A model generated the notes under the pieces. It was not told the DNA's origin. It did not search any database and saw only the letters and a program-made list of their open reading frames with translations. 64,000 nucleotides of DNA from positions 12,941 through 76,940 of the forward strand of contig CAVILR010000002.1 in assembly GCA_963643725.1 (NCBI GenBank), in the 5' to 3' direction. Made by a program: the position numbers and the translations under genes. Below, piece by piece: positions 29,901 through 38,500 of the stretch (positions are counted from its first letter, which is position 1; each line of letters starts with the position of its first letter). The DNA comes from Lachnospiraceae bacterium. Lineage in GTDB: Bacteria; Bacillota_I; Bacilli_A; RFN20; CAG-826.

Positions 29901-30005
29901 TTAGTTAAAAACGCCATCGTCATAATCAAAGGCTATTACAGCGAAAAAAGAAACGAATTCAATGTCACAAGCATCCAAAAATTGGAGGAATTAATCAATG
30001 AATAA
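26964..30005 (+). CDS. dnaE: DNA polymerase III alpha subunit, DnaE-type
   Basis: 1013 aa with N-terminal PHP domain, pol III alpha core and C-terminal OB fold; start may be the Met at 26979. Confidence 0.9.
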   Translation: MYHINMNFAPLNLLSGYSYLKSGIKLEDYLKKVKSFGYEYAALTDINSLVAMPLFVKLAKSNNIKPLTGLTLYIDNNPFVFIVKNEEGYKHLLHLLFLSAKNELNYASMSEENDGLIVILPSKAKLIQSQLHEKSFARSLAKISRNIKEFYIGLDIEDKSFLVDLRDFAYSHGYKVVAFPSVCYLNKEDAITLKILEAIDRKETLKEKQCNGEEYLHSYDELKEIYTEEELKESVIIASSINFEFIKKRGKMLHYHNDEGLSSDEYLTKLAFKGLVTLNLNNKEYQKRLNDELTVIKEMGYSDYFLIVKDYVDYAKNNDIIVGPGRGSAVGSLVAFTLGITKCDPIKYDLIFERFLNKERQTLPDIDIDFEDDKREEVAKYIERKYGKERVSKVIAIQKFGAKQALGDIGRVFNYERRDIELFTKLISKDEEKLSLRQIYKTNKKFRDLVNEDKYYLEIVALASRIEGLPRQEGLHAAGIVINDEALNEVVPISISSDNSYVEQFEKDYLEEQAFLKMDLLSLRNLTIVKDVLKRIKHIDDSPKNIDDIPYEDKDAIALIRNGNTMGLFQLESPGIRKAIKVLKPVDFIDVAALLALYRPGPMQNIEEYSKRKQGRVKINYTSKVLENILAPTYGIIIYQEQIMQIANKMANFSLSEADLLRRAISKKNSKALLSYQKKFVEGAINNGFKEEEAKKVYDTIYKFGDYGFNKSHALGYAMLTSKMAYLKRYYPKEFYASILNNSNSENFSSTILEIKAQKINILNPDINRSSFVYLTDENSIIFPLTMVKGISLTTALELIKIRDDKPFSDLFDFVIRSQKAKITSKQIIALIDAGAFDKIEPSRASLRANIANAINYASMLVGEDGSMIIDESMFPKPTLLKCEDNIMVNLNKEYDALGLMLSTSPLKVAKEKLKKQKIINISEIKNQTGDVTIAALFKNFKNIVTKKGEPMAFASIYDDTGELEITIFPATYEKYFSSLVKNAIVIIKGYYSEKRNEFNVTSIQKLEELINE

Positions 30006-32601
30006 AGCAATCGTCATCGACGGAAATTCACTTTTATTCCGCGCATATTATGCGACGGCCTACGGTCCAAATCCTTCAATATTAAGAAATAAAGAAGGCA
30101 TTCCAACCAATGCGATTTTTGCCTTTGGCAATATGTTAAATAAAATACTTAATTCCTTAAAAGAGGGCGATGCGATATTCGTCGGCTTCGATACCGGAAA
30201 AAAGACATTTCGTCACGAAGAGGACAAAGACTATAAAGCTAATCGAAAAGAATGCCCAGAAGATTTAAAAGTGCAAATGCCTTTAGTAAGGCAAATGCTT
30301 AAGGCACTTAATATTTTTACCTACGAAAAAGAAGGCTTTGAAGCGGATGATGTCTGCGGAACCTACGCCAAAGAAGCGAGTAAATTAGGCTATACGGTCG
30401 AAGTATATACTTCCGATAAAGACTATCTGCAGCTCATCGATGAACACATAAATATCAATTTATTAAAAACTGGCATGAGCAATATCTTAGTCATGAACGA
30501 AGAAAATATGCTATCGCTATATGGAATAAAACCATTACAAATAATCGATTACAAAGCCCTTCGCGGCGATAGTAGCGACAACCTCCCAGGCATTCCAGGA
30601 ATCGGAGAGAAAACCGCGGTTAAACTCATCCAAGAATACGGAAGTTTTGACGAAATCATGAAAAATGTCGATAAGATCAAGGGCAAAGTAGCTACCTCAT
30701 TAATAGAAAACGAAAAGATGGGAAGATTGTGCTATCACCTTGCTAAAATAGACACGCACGTTGAAATGCCCTTCTCGCTTAGCGATACGATATATGAAGG
30801 ATATGACTTCGATACAATCAACGCTTTTTGTAACCGTTTTGAATTAAAACAATTCCTTAATCGCCTACCAAATCGCTTATCCAAAAATAAAGAAGAGCAA
30901 AAAGAAATCGAATTTAAAACGCTCACATCATTTAAAGATGTTCCTTTATCAAAAGAACTTGGAATCGCCTTAGATATCGAGCCAGGAAATTATAATGAAA
31001 GCGAAATCTATGGACTAGCGTTATCAAGTCAAGGCAACAACTATTACATCAATATTGAAGACGTTAAAAAAGATGAGACACTGAAGAATATCTTAGAAGA
31101 TAAGACGTATCATAAATATTGTTACGATTATAAAGCGATAAAAGTGGCTCTTTCCCATCTAGATATCGAAATTGATGGCTTAACTTTTGACACATTATTA
31201 GCAATATATGTCTTAGATACATCATTAAAAGGAGATGTTGAATCCGCCTTTAGATATTTTGGTTATGTCATCTCAACAAACAAAGAAAATGAAATATCAT
31301 TATTCAATAATTCTGACCCTTCTAGAAGCGTTAAAATCGCCTATTATAGCCTCCACATATCGCATAAAGCTTTATCAGAAATCGATAAATTAGGATGCCT
31401 AAATTTATATAACGAAGTCGATATACCGTTAGCCTCTGTCCTCGCCGATATGGAAATTGAAGGCTTTCCATTAGATATTAAAACATTAAAAGAAATCGGA
31501 AAAAGTTTTGAAGTTGGTTTAGAAAACGCGAAAAAAAGTGTCTATACCTTAGCCAATGAAGAATTTAATATCGACTCGCCAAAGCAAGTTAAAGAAATTC
31601 TATTTGATAAACTCAAATTGCCAAGTGGCGATAAAAAGAATTCCACATCGATAGAAGTATTAAAAGAACTCGTCGATGTCCATCCTATCGTCGGAGCAAT
31701 ACTTCAATATCGAAAATACGCAAAATTATTATCGACGTATGTAACAAGTCTTACTTCGCACGTCTATAGCGATGGAAAAATTCATGCGTTATTTAATCAA
31801 GCCTTAACATCCACGGGAAGATTATCATCTAGCGAACCAAATCTACAAAATATTTCCATCCGCGATGAAGAGGGTAAACTCATCAGAAAAGCTTTCTTCT
31901 ATCCTGATGAAAAATATTCGATATTATCATTAGATTATTCACAAATTGAATTGCGAATACTCGCCTCGCTATCGAAGTGTGAACCTCTAAAACAAGTATT
32001 TTTACGCGGTGAAGATATCCACACCTCCACGGCGAAAAAAATATTCCACGAAGAAAATGTAAGCGATGAAGAAAGGCGTAGAGCAAAAGCGGTTAACTTC
32101 GGCATAATTTATGGAATTTCCACCTGGGGACTTGCCGAACAGATCGGCGTATCCACAAAAGAAGCTAAACAAATCATCGATAACTTCTATGATGCTTATA
32201 AAGAAGTTGGCCAATATTTTGCCCAAGTGACAAAAGATGCCACAAAAAATGGATATGTCACCACTTTACTAGGTCGAAGGCGATATTTAAGAGAATTGAG
32301 CGATTCCAATTATCAAGTTCGTGAATTCGCTAGACGCGCGGCGATGAACGCCCCGATTCAAGGCACCGCCGCGGATTTAATCAAAATCGCGATGATTAAA
32401 GTAAATAACGCTTTAAAAGAAAAGAAACTTAAAACCAAGATGATACTACAAATCCACGATGAACTGCTCTTTAAAGTCCCTGAGGAGGAAAAAGAAATAG
32501 TTCTTCCGTTAGTGAAAGAAATTATGGAAAATGCTTTAAAACTTGATGTTAAATTAGAAGTAAATGGAGGATATGGTCGTAGTTGGTACGATTGTAAATA
32601 A
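29998..32601 (+). CDS. polA: DNA polymerase I
   Basis: 867 aa with 5'-3' exonuclease N-terminus and family-A polymerase motifs (RRRAKAVNFGIIYG; QIHDELLFKVP); 8-nt overlap with dnaE. Confidence 0.95.
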   Translation: MNKAIVIDGNSLLFRAYYATAYGPNPSILRNKEGIPTNAIFAFGNMLNKILNSLKEGDAIFVGFDTGKKTFRHEEDKDYKANRKECPEDLKVQMPLVRQMLKALNIFTYEKEGFEADDVCGTYAKEASKLGYTVEVYTSDKDYLQLIDEHININLLKTGMSNILVMNEENMLSLYGIKPLQIIDYKALRGDSSDNLPGIPGIGEKTAVKLIQEYGSFDEIMKNVDKIKGKVATSLIENEKMGRLCYHLAKIDTHVEMPFSLSDTIYEGYDFDTINAFCNRFELKQFLNRLPNRLSKNKEEQKEIEFKTLTSFKDVPLSKELGIALDIEPGNYNESEIYGLALSSQGNNYYINIEDVKKDETLKNILEDKTYHKYCYDYKAIKVALSHLDIEIDGLTFDTLLAIYVLDTSLKGDVESAFRYFGYVISTNKENEISLFNNSDPSRSVKIAYYSLHISHKALSEIDKLGCLNLYNEVDIPLASVLADMEIEGFPLDIKTLKEIGKSFEVGLENAKKSVYTLANEEFNIDSPKQVKEILFDKLKLPSGDKKNSTSIEVLKELVDVHPIVGAILQYRKYAKLLSTYVTSLTSHVYSDGKIHALFNQALTSTGRLSSSEPNLQNISIRDEEGKLIRKAFFYPDEKYSILSLDYSQIELRILASLSKCEPLKQVFLRGEDIHTSTAKKIFHEENVSDEERRRAKAVNFGIIYGISTWGLAEQIGVSTKEAKQIIDNFYDAYKEVGQYFAQVTKDATKNGYVTTLLGRRRYLRELSDSNYQVREFARRAAMNAPIQGTAADLIKIAMIKVNNALKEKKLKTKMILQIHDELLFKVPEEEKEIVLPLVKEIMENALKLDVKLEVNGGYGRSWYDCK

Positions 32602-32603
32602 AG

Positions 32604-34004
32604 ATGCCAGAATTGCCAGAAGTAACAACGATATGTCGAATCCTCGATGAGGAAGTTAAAGATAAAACGATAAAAGATGTGGCGATTTATCGAAAGAAAA
32701 ACATCTTGAATGAACCTAACTTTTTTATCGATACTTTAAAAGGCAAAACCATCGAATGCGTAACAAGAATTGGAAAATATATCATCTTCTATCTTAGCGA
32801 GGCCGGAGTTTTAATCTCACATCTAAGAATGGAAGGCAAATATTTCTACGATAAAAAATATAGCGAAAGAAAACACGATATCGTAACTTTTTATTTTACT
32901 GATGGCACCGCATTAACATATAACGACACACGAAAATTTGGCATTCTAAAAGTCTCCAACCTAGACAAATATCGATGGGAACCTCCTTTATACGGATTAG
33001 CATTAGACCCCTTACAAATTACTCAGTCCGATTATCTATATTTTAAGTTTGAAAAACTGCATAAACCGATTAAGGAAGTTTTATTAGATCAATCAGTGGT
33101 CTCTGGAATCGGTAACATCTATGCCGATGAAATACTTTTTGCTAGCAAAATTCATCCATTAACCCTAGCTTCTAATCTTGTGAGATTGGAAAGCGACGAT
33201 TTATTAGAATACGCGAAAAGAGTATTAGTCCAAGCGATAGACGATGGAGGTTCAACCATCAAATCATATCATCCAAAAGATGGAATTAGCGGTAACTTTC
33301 AAACCAAATTAAAGGTCTATGACAAAGAGGGACAACCTTGTCCGTGTTGTCAAACTCCTTTAAGAAAAATTCGCGTCGGAGGAAGAGGTACAACCTTTTG
33401 TCCTAATTGCCAAAGGCGAAAAGAAAAGCGCATAATCGCTATTACGGGAGCGATCGCTTCGGGCAAATCTAGCGTCTCGAATTATTTAAATAAAAAGGGA
33501 TTTATAATTTATGACGGCGATAAAACAACCCACGAATTATATAAAAATCCTCTTTTTATCGAAAAATTAAAGAAGATAGTACCCAAATTAGAAATCATTG
33601 ATAACGCAGTCAATCGCAAGAAATTGTTAAATATAATGACGAATAATCAAAGCATTAAAGAAAGCGTTGAGCAATTAGTCTATGATGAAGTAAGAAAACT
33701 CGCAAAAGATACGATAGATAAATACCATAACGGCGAGACAATCGTTTTAGATATCCCACTCCTTTTCGCAAGTAAAATTGATGAATACGCCGATGAAATA
33801 TATATAGTCCGCACTTCAAAAGAAAATCAAATTAATCGATTAGCTATTCGTAATGGAAATATCGAAACATATTTAAAACTAAATGAAAGTTATCAAAAGC
33901 AAGAAAAAATAAATAAAGCCACCGCGATCATTCATAACGATGGCGATTTATCTTCACTATACAAGCAAATAGATAAAATTATTTGTAGAGAGAAACACCG
34001 TTAA
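32604..34004 (+). CDS. mutM: In-frame fusion of formamidopyrimidine-DNA glycosylase (MutM/Fpg) and dephospho-CoA kinase (CoaE)
   Basis: Residues 1 to about 272 are Fpg (N-terminal PELPEV, H2TH, Zn-finger CPCC...CPNC). Residues about 275-466 are CoaE (P-loop ITGAIASGKSS, then IYDGDKTTHELY). There is no stop codon between them; B. subtilis has the separate genes polA-mutM-ytaF-coaE. Confidence 0.8.
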   Translation: MPELPEVTTICRILDEEVKDKTIKDVAIYRKKNILNEPNFFIDTLKGKTIECVTRIGKYIIFYLSEAGVLISHLRMEGKYFYDKKYSERKHDIVTFYFTDGTALTYNDTRKFGILKVSNLDKYRWEPPLYGLALDPLQITQSDYLYFKFEKLHKPIKEVLLDQSVVSGIGNIYADEILFASKIHPLTLASNLVRLESDDLLEYAKRVLVQAIDDGGSTIKSYHPKDGISGNFQTKLKVYDKEGQPCPCCQTPLRKIRVGGRGTTFCPNCQRRKEKRIIAITGAIASGKSSVSNYLNKKGFIIYDGDKTTHELYKNPLFIEKLKKIVPKLEIIDNAVNRKKLLNIMTNNQSIKESVEQLVYDEVRKLAKDTIDKYHNGETIVLDIPLLFASKIDEYADEIYIVRTSKENQINRLAIRNGNIETYLKLNESYQKQEKINKATAIIHNDGDLSSLYKQIDKIICREKHR

Positions 34005-34890
34005 AATCGTATTCTTTTTCGCACATCGTCTCCAAGATATTCGACAATTGTTTCCCGCGAATTTCACCAGCATTTTTTCCAATCGAATACAGCTCTTTAA
34101 TTTCCTTAATTGAAAAATCGCTAGTAAAAAAGGTCAATCGCGAATTTTTCTCTCTATCTAAAAGAAGCGGTATGACAATAAAATCGCGTAAATATTCGTT
34201 TTTATATTCGGAACCAAAATTATCCAAAAGCAATAAGTCGACGTTGTTTAAAGCAACTATTTTGCGCGTAAATTCTTCTTTGTTTTGATAGGAGAGATCC
34301 GCTAAAGCCTTAAACATCGACGCGCAGTCGACGACGGCGACTTGCCCTTTGTTTAATCGAGCAAATTCATTAGCGAATGTAACAAGGGTAAATGATTTAC
34401 CAGTTTTATGTTTTCCTTTGACAAATAGCCATCTTTTTGATTCGCCATCAATTATTTTGGCAAAATCCTTAATTATTTGCTTTCGCACAATGCTCAAATC
34501 GAGATTTCTTAAAGAAGAATCACGCCACTCAATTGGGCAATCATAGAATAGATATTGATTGTCAAGGCGAATCTTTTCTAAGATTTTATCGCATGGCTCA
34601 TAAGAAGAAGAAAGGTAGCCACAATCTTTAATTAAATTCATCTTTACGTGTGGAGTTGCTTTAGAACATTTATCAATCCCTGGGCAATTTTTGCAAACGT
34701 GATAATCATCTTTAAAATCACTTAATTTAGCAATATTTTCACGAACTTCTTTCATCGTCAAATTAAGAGGCTTAAGGAGTTCATAAATCTCCGCATCATT
34801 TTTAAGATCCTTGACAAGTTTATTGATAAGTTCTTCCATATTTGAACCTTCATAAAGAGATTCAAAGGCTTTCGCGTCTACTTTTTCCAT
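33979..34890 (-). CDS. dnaI: Primosomal helicase loader DnaI
   Basis: 303 aa with N-terminal Zn-binding Cys cluster and C-terminal AAA+ domain (GKHKTGKS); convergent with mutM::coaE, with a 26-nt 3' overlap. Confidence 0.85.
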   Translation of the reverse strand: MEKVDAKAFESLYEGSNMEELINKLVKDLKNDAEIYELLKPLNLTMKEVRENIAKLSDFKDDYHVCKNCPGIDKCSKATPHVKMNLIKDCGYLSSSYEPCDKILEKIRLDNQYLFYDCPIEWRDSSLRNLDLSIVRKQIIKDFAKIIDGESKRWLFVKGKHKTGKSFTLVTFANEFARLNKGQVAVVDCASMFKALADLSYQNKEEFTRKIVALNNVDLLLLDNFGSEYKNEYLRDFIVIPLLLDREKNSRLTFFTSDFSIKEIKELYSIGKNAGEIRGKQLSNILETMCEKEYDFNGVSLYK

Positions 34891-34892
34891 CT

Positions 34893-36200
34893 TTAACTGC
34901 TCCTCTTTTGCTTATCAAATTTTGAAAAAATCTCATCTATTTCATCTTGACTGATGTCGTCTTCTTCACCACTTGTTTTCTTTTCGCCTTCATTTTCAAC
35001 ATCATAATTTTTATCTTTATAAGATTCTTTCTTTTTCTTAGATTCACTGTTGAGCGAATTGAGATAATTCATCGCATCAATCGAATTTTCAACGCCTTCT
35101 CTAGCTAATGAAGCAGCGATTTTTTCGCAGTAATTGCGAGACAAGATGTTGTTGTTTTTATGTAGCACATAATCGACGATGACATTGATTACACCCTTAG
35201 AAAAACTATAATTCATCGATAAATCATTAACAATCTTCAAATCACTAGATGCGGGCTTGGTGTTATTTTGTAATATTTGAAGCCATTCCGCAGGCGATTT
35301 TTTATCCATCATTTTAATCTTAGAGGCAAGAACTGAATCACCACTTACCTTAGAAGAGGCAAGTATTCTTTTTTGTAATATCGGATAGCGAATTTGATCT
35401 TCAGCCTTCTCAAATACCTTTGAAAAATCGATATGTGGAAAAGCATCGCTATGATATTCGTCGATGATGATAAAGGCCATCGTCTTCTCATTTAAGCCAA
35501 ACAAAGTAGCAATTCGTTCAATTTCGCGCATTTCTTTTTTTGATATTGATGAGATATTAATCTGCGAATTGTCTTCGATAAATTTAAAAAATAAATCGAA
35601 ACTAAAATCCATTTTCACGCGTCCGCTGTTATGGCCGAGCAAGTCATTAGATATCGTCTTTCTAAATGACATATCATCGTAATCGGGATTAAAGACATCG
35701 ACAAATGAAGAAGAAACTTCTTTATAACCATCGGGTATTTTTAAATCGACCCGATAATGGAATGCTAAACGCTTCGCTTCCTTCTCCCCTAAATATTGGA
35801 TGATTAAACCTTTAAACAAGACGTCATCGAAGAAATCTTTAGGTGATTTCGGGGCGTATAAAACGTAGATGTAATAATTGTTTTCTCCTTGCTCAAGGAT
35901 ATAACTTCTTAATAGACCAACCGCTTCAAGAGCTTGTCTAGCATTTAATAGATTGCCAGAAGTTATCTGCATGCTCGAAAGAAGTTGAGATGTCGTAAAA
36001 ACAATTTCATCGTCTTCATTTCGCTTTTGCTTTAATAAAGTCAAATAAAGCATCGTAGCTAACGAGCCAATCAATGGTTGATATAATTCAATAATTACAT
36101 CTTTGTCGACATTGCTGATCAAACTCGCAATTCGTATTTCGTAGATATCTTTTTCGCTAATGTAGTTCATAACAATTTTTTGCCTAAGAAATATTAGCAC
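34893..36200 (-). CDS. dnaB: Replication initiation/membrane attachment protein DnaB (Bacillus type, DnaD-like domains)
   Basis: 435 aa located immediately upstream of dnaI, as in the B. subtilis dnaB-dnaI operon; DnaB_2/DDBH2-like composition. Confidence 0.7.
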   Translation of the reverse strand: MLIFLRQKIVMNYISEKDIYEIRIASLISNVDKDVIIELYQPLIGSLATMLYLTLLKQKRNEDDEIVFTTSQLLSSMQITSGNLLNARQALEAVGLLRSYILEQGENNYYIYVLYAPKSPKDFFDDVLFKGLIIQYLGEKEAKRLAFHYRVDLKIPDGYKEVSSSFVDVFNPDYDDMSFRKTISNDLLGHNSGRVKMDFSFDLFFKFIEDNSQINISSISKKEMREIERIATLFGLNEKTMAFIIIDEYHSDAFPHIDFSKVFEKAEDQIRYPILQKRILASSKVSGDSVLASKIKMMDKKSPAEWLQILQNNTKPASSDLKIVNDLSMNYSFSKGVINVIVDYVLHKNNNILSRNYCEKIAASLAREGVENSIDAMNYLNSLNSESKKKKESYKDKNYDVENEGEKKTSGEEDDISQDEIDEIFSKFDKQKRSS

Positions 36201-36415
36201 GTTACTTAGATAAATACTATAAAATGTTTCGATAATATCTATTCTTTTATTAGCATGTGGATAACTTTTACACGACGAAAGGAAACTCAGTAAACGATAA
36301 TATCGAAACTATTTAGCATCACCAAACATCTTTCCACAAATTATCCACAAAATAATTTAACTAAAAAATGTTGTTAAAACATAAGATATGTTTATAATAT
36401 TGGCGAGGATTTTTT

Positions 36416-37381
36416 ATGATACATAAAGTTGCAGTCTTAACATCAGGTGGTGACGCCCCTGGAATGAATGCGTGCATTCGCGCGGTTGTCCGTTCAGGTC
36501 TTAAATCAGGATACGAAATGTTTGTCATCTACGAAGGATATCGAGGACTTGTTAACGATAAGATAGAACAAGTCGATCGTAATTTTGTCAGCGACATCAT
36601 CAACCGTGGAGGAACGATATTAAATTCTGCAAGATTACTCGAATTTAAAGATGTCGAAGTGCAGAAAAAAGCTGTTGAAAATCTTAAAAAACACGGAATC
36701 GACGGCCTTGTTGTCATCGGCGGAGATGGAACATATCGCGGAGCAAGTGCTTTAAGTAAATTAGGAATAAACACCATTGGTCTACCAGGCACAATCGATA
36801 ACGATATCGCTTCAACCGACTTTTCCATCGGTTTTGATACTTGCTTAAATACAATCGTTGAATGCGTCGATAAATTGCGAGACACGACAGCATCGCATCA
36901 AAGAGCTACTTTTATCGAAGTTATGGGAAATCACTGCGGCGATTTAGCCCTCAATTCAGGTATCGCAGAAGGCGTGGAAATGATAATTTCTCCCGACCAT
37001 CCGATGAGCGAAGAAGATATCTTTCAAAAATTAAAAGACCTCAAAGATGGAAAGAAACAACATTCGTTAGTTATAGTCAGTGAAAAAATCTTCCCAGATA
37101 TCTACGAATTTGCTAAAAAAGTTGAGAAAGAGACCGGAATTGAAACGCGAGCAGAAGTCTTAGGTCACCTTCAAAGAGGAGGTTCACCATCCGCGCGAGA
37201 TAGAATTCTAGCTACCGAATATGGAGTCGAAGCTATACGCGCGTTGAACAATAATGAAACCAATGTTTGCATCGGCATTAAGAACAATAAAATGGTTCAT
37301 ATTAAAATCGATGATGCCTTAACGATGAAGCGCGATCCTCACTACAACTTATTAGATGTCATTAAATTAGTTAACAGATAA
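36416..37381 (+). CDS. pfkA: ATP-dependent 6-phosphofructokinase
   Basis: 321 aa beginning VLTSGGDAPGMNA with the PFK motifs GGDGT and GTIDND. Confidence 0.95.
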   Translation: MIHKVAVLTSGGDAPGMNACIRAVVRSGLKSGYEMFVIYEGYRGLVNDKIEQVDRNFVSDIINRGGTILNSARLLEFKDVEVQKKAVENLKKHGIDGLVVIGGDGTYRGASALSKLGINTIGLPGTIDNDIASTDFSIGFDTCLNTIVECVDKLRDTTASHQRATFIEVMGNHCGDLALNSGIAEGVEMIISPDHPMSEEDIFQKLKDLKDGKKQHSLVIVSEKIFPDIYEFAKKVEKETGIETRAEVLGHLQRGGSPSARDRILATEYGVEAIRALNNNETNVCIGIKNNKMVHIKIDDALTMKRDPHYNLLDVIKLVNR

Positions 37382-38226
37382 TGAAGAAAGTATTATCGCT
37401 TGATATCGGAGGAACAAATACTCGTTTAGCTCTAATCGACGAGAAATTTGAGATTGAGAAAGTAGAAATTATCCCCACTAGAAGAAATTCAACAGATAAT
37501 TTTCTAAAGAGTATCGATGAACTTTTATCTCATTTCAATTTGACTGAAATCGATTCTCTTGGCATCGGCATCCCTGGAGTGTGCGATAAAAAAACTGGTT
37601 ATATCAAAACGATGCCCAATGCATCATTAAAAGATATTCCATTAGGACAATACATTTTTGAAAAATATCATAAGCATGTTCATATGCGTAATGACGCCGA
37701 GATGGCCTCTTTAGCAGAAGCCTATGTCGGCAAGGGTAAAGATTATAATCGCGTATTTTTTATCACTATCTCCACTGGACTTGGCGGAGCTCTCGTCGTC
37801 GATAAGAAAAATCAAGATTACATCACAGAAATCGGTCACACCGCCTATTGCTATAAAGGAAAATGGACGGAATACGAACTTTTAGTCAGTGGTGATCACG
37901 TAAAAACCCTCGCTAAATTAAATGGGCTAACGATTAAAGATTCTCAGGAATTCTTTGATTTAATTCGCATTAAAGATGAAAAGGCGATAAGCGTTTATCA
38001 CGAATGGCTTAACATCCTATCCGATTTCATCACCCTAATTGAAAATTCCTATCACCCCGACATCATAACCGTGACCGGAGGAGTTATGAAATCAAAAGAC
38101 ATTTTCTTCGAGGATTTAAAAAATCTTCATAAGGAAGTAAAAATTGTTGAATGCGGAACAAAAGAAAATGCCGGCCTTATCGGCGGAGCGATATACGCCT
38201 TCGAATGTGAAAAAGGCAAAAATTAA
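37381..38226 (+). CDS. ROK-family sugar kinase (putative glucokinase) lacking the Zn-Cys motif
   Basis: 281 aa beginning LSLDIGGTNTRLAL (ROK/ASKHA N-terminus); ATGA overlap with pfkA. Confidence 0.6.
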   Translation: MKKVLSLDIGGTNTRLALIDEKFEIEKVEIIPTRRNSTDNFLKSIDELLSHFNLTEIDSLGIGIPGVCDKKTGYIKTMPNASLKDIPLGQYIFEKYHKHVHMRNDAEMASLAEAYVGKGKDYNRVFFITISTGLGGALVVDKKNQDYITEIGHTAYCYKGKWTEYELLVSGDHVKTLAKLNGLTIKDSQEFFDLIRIKDEKAISVYHEWLNILSDFITLIENSYHPDIITVTGGVMKSKDIFFEDLKNLHKEVKIVECGTKENAGLIGGAIYAFECEKGKN

Positions 38227-38284
38227 ACATAATAGTTGCTTTAACAGTATTTTAATAATATATTAAATGTGCGTTGACGAAGAC

Positions 38285-38485
38285 ATATCGAGAACGCCGC
38301 TTATCTTAGAGAGGAAACGTCCGCTGCAAGTTTCTATAAGCACATTCTCGACACCACTTCTAAGCATCTAGAGAAATAATCTAGACGTCGCTTGCGTTAA
38401 GAGCATACCAGAGTGCATATCGTAAGATATGAAATAAGGTGGTACCGCGTTAGTAGCGTCCTTATATGGACGTTTTTTTATTTAA
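38285..38485 (+). promoter_or_regulatory. T-box riboswitch leader controlling thrS
   Basis: AAATAAGGTGGTACCGCG (38433-38449) is a near-perfect T-box sequence. It is followed by the terminator CGTCC-TTATAT-GGACG plus T7 (38452-38480) and then the SD and ATG at 38501. Confidence 0.8.
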
Positions 38486-38500
38486 AATGGAGGAAGAATT

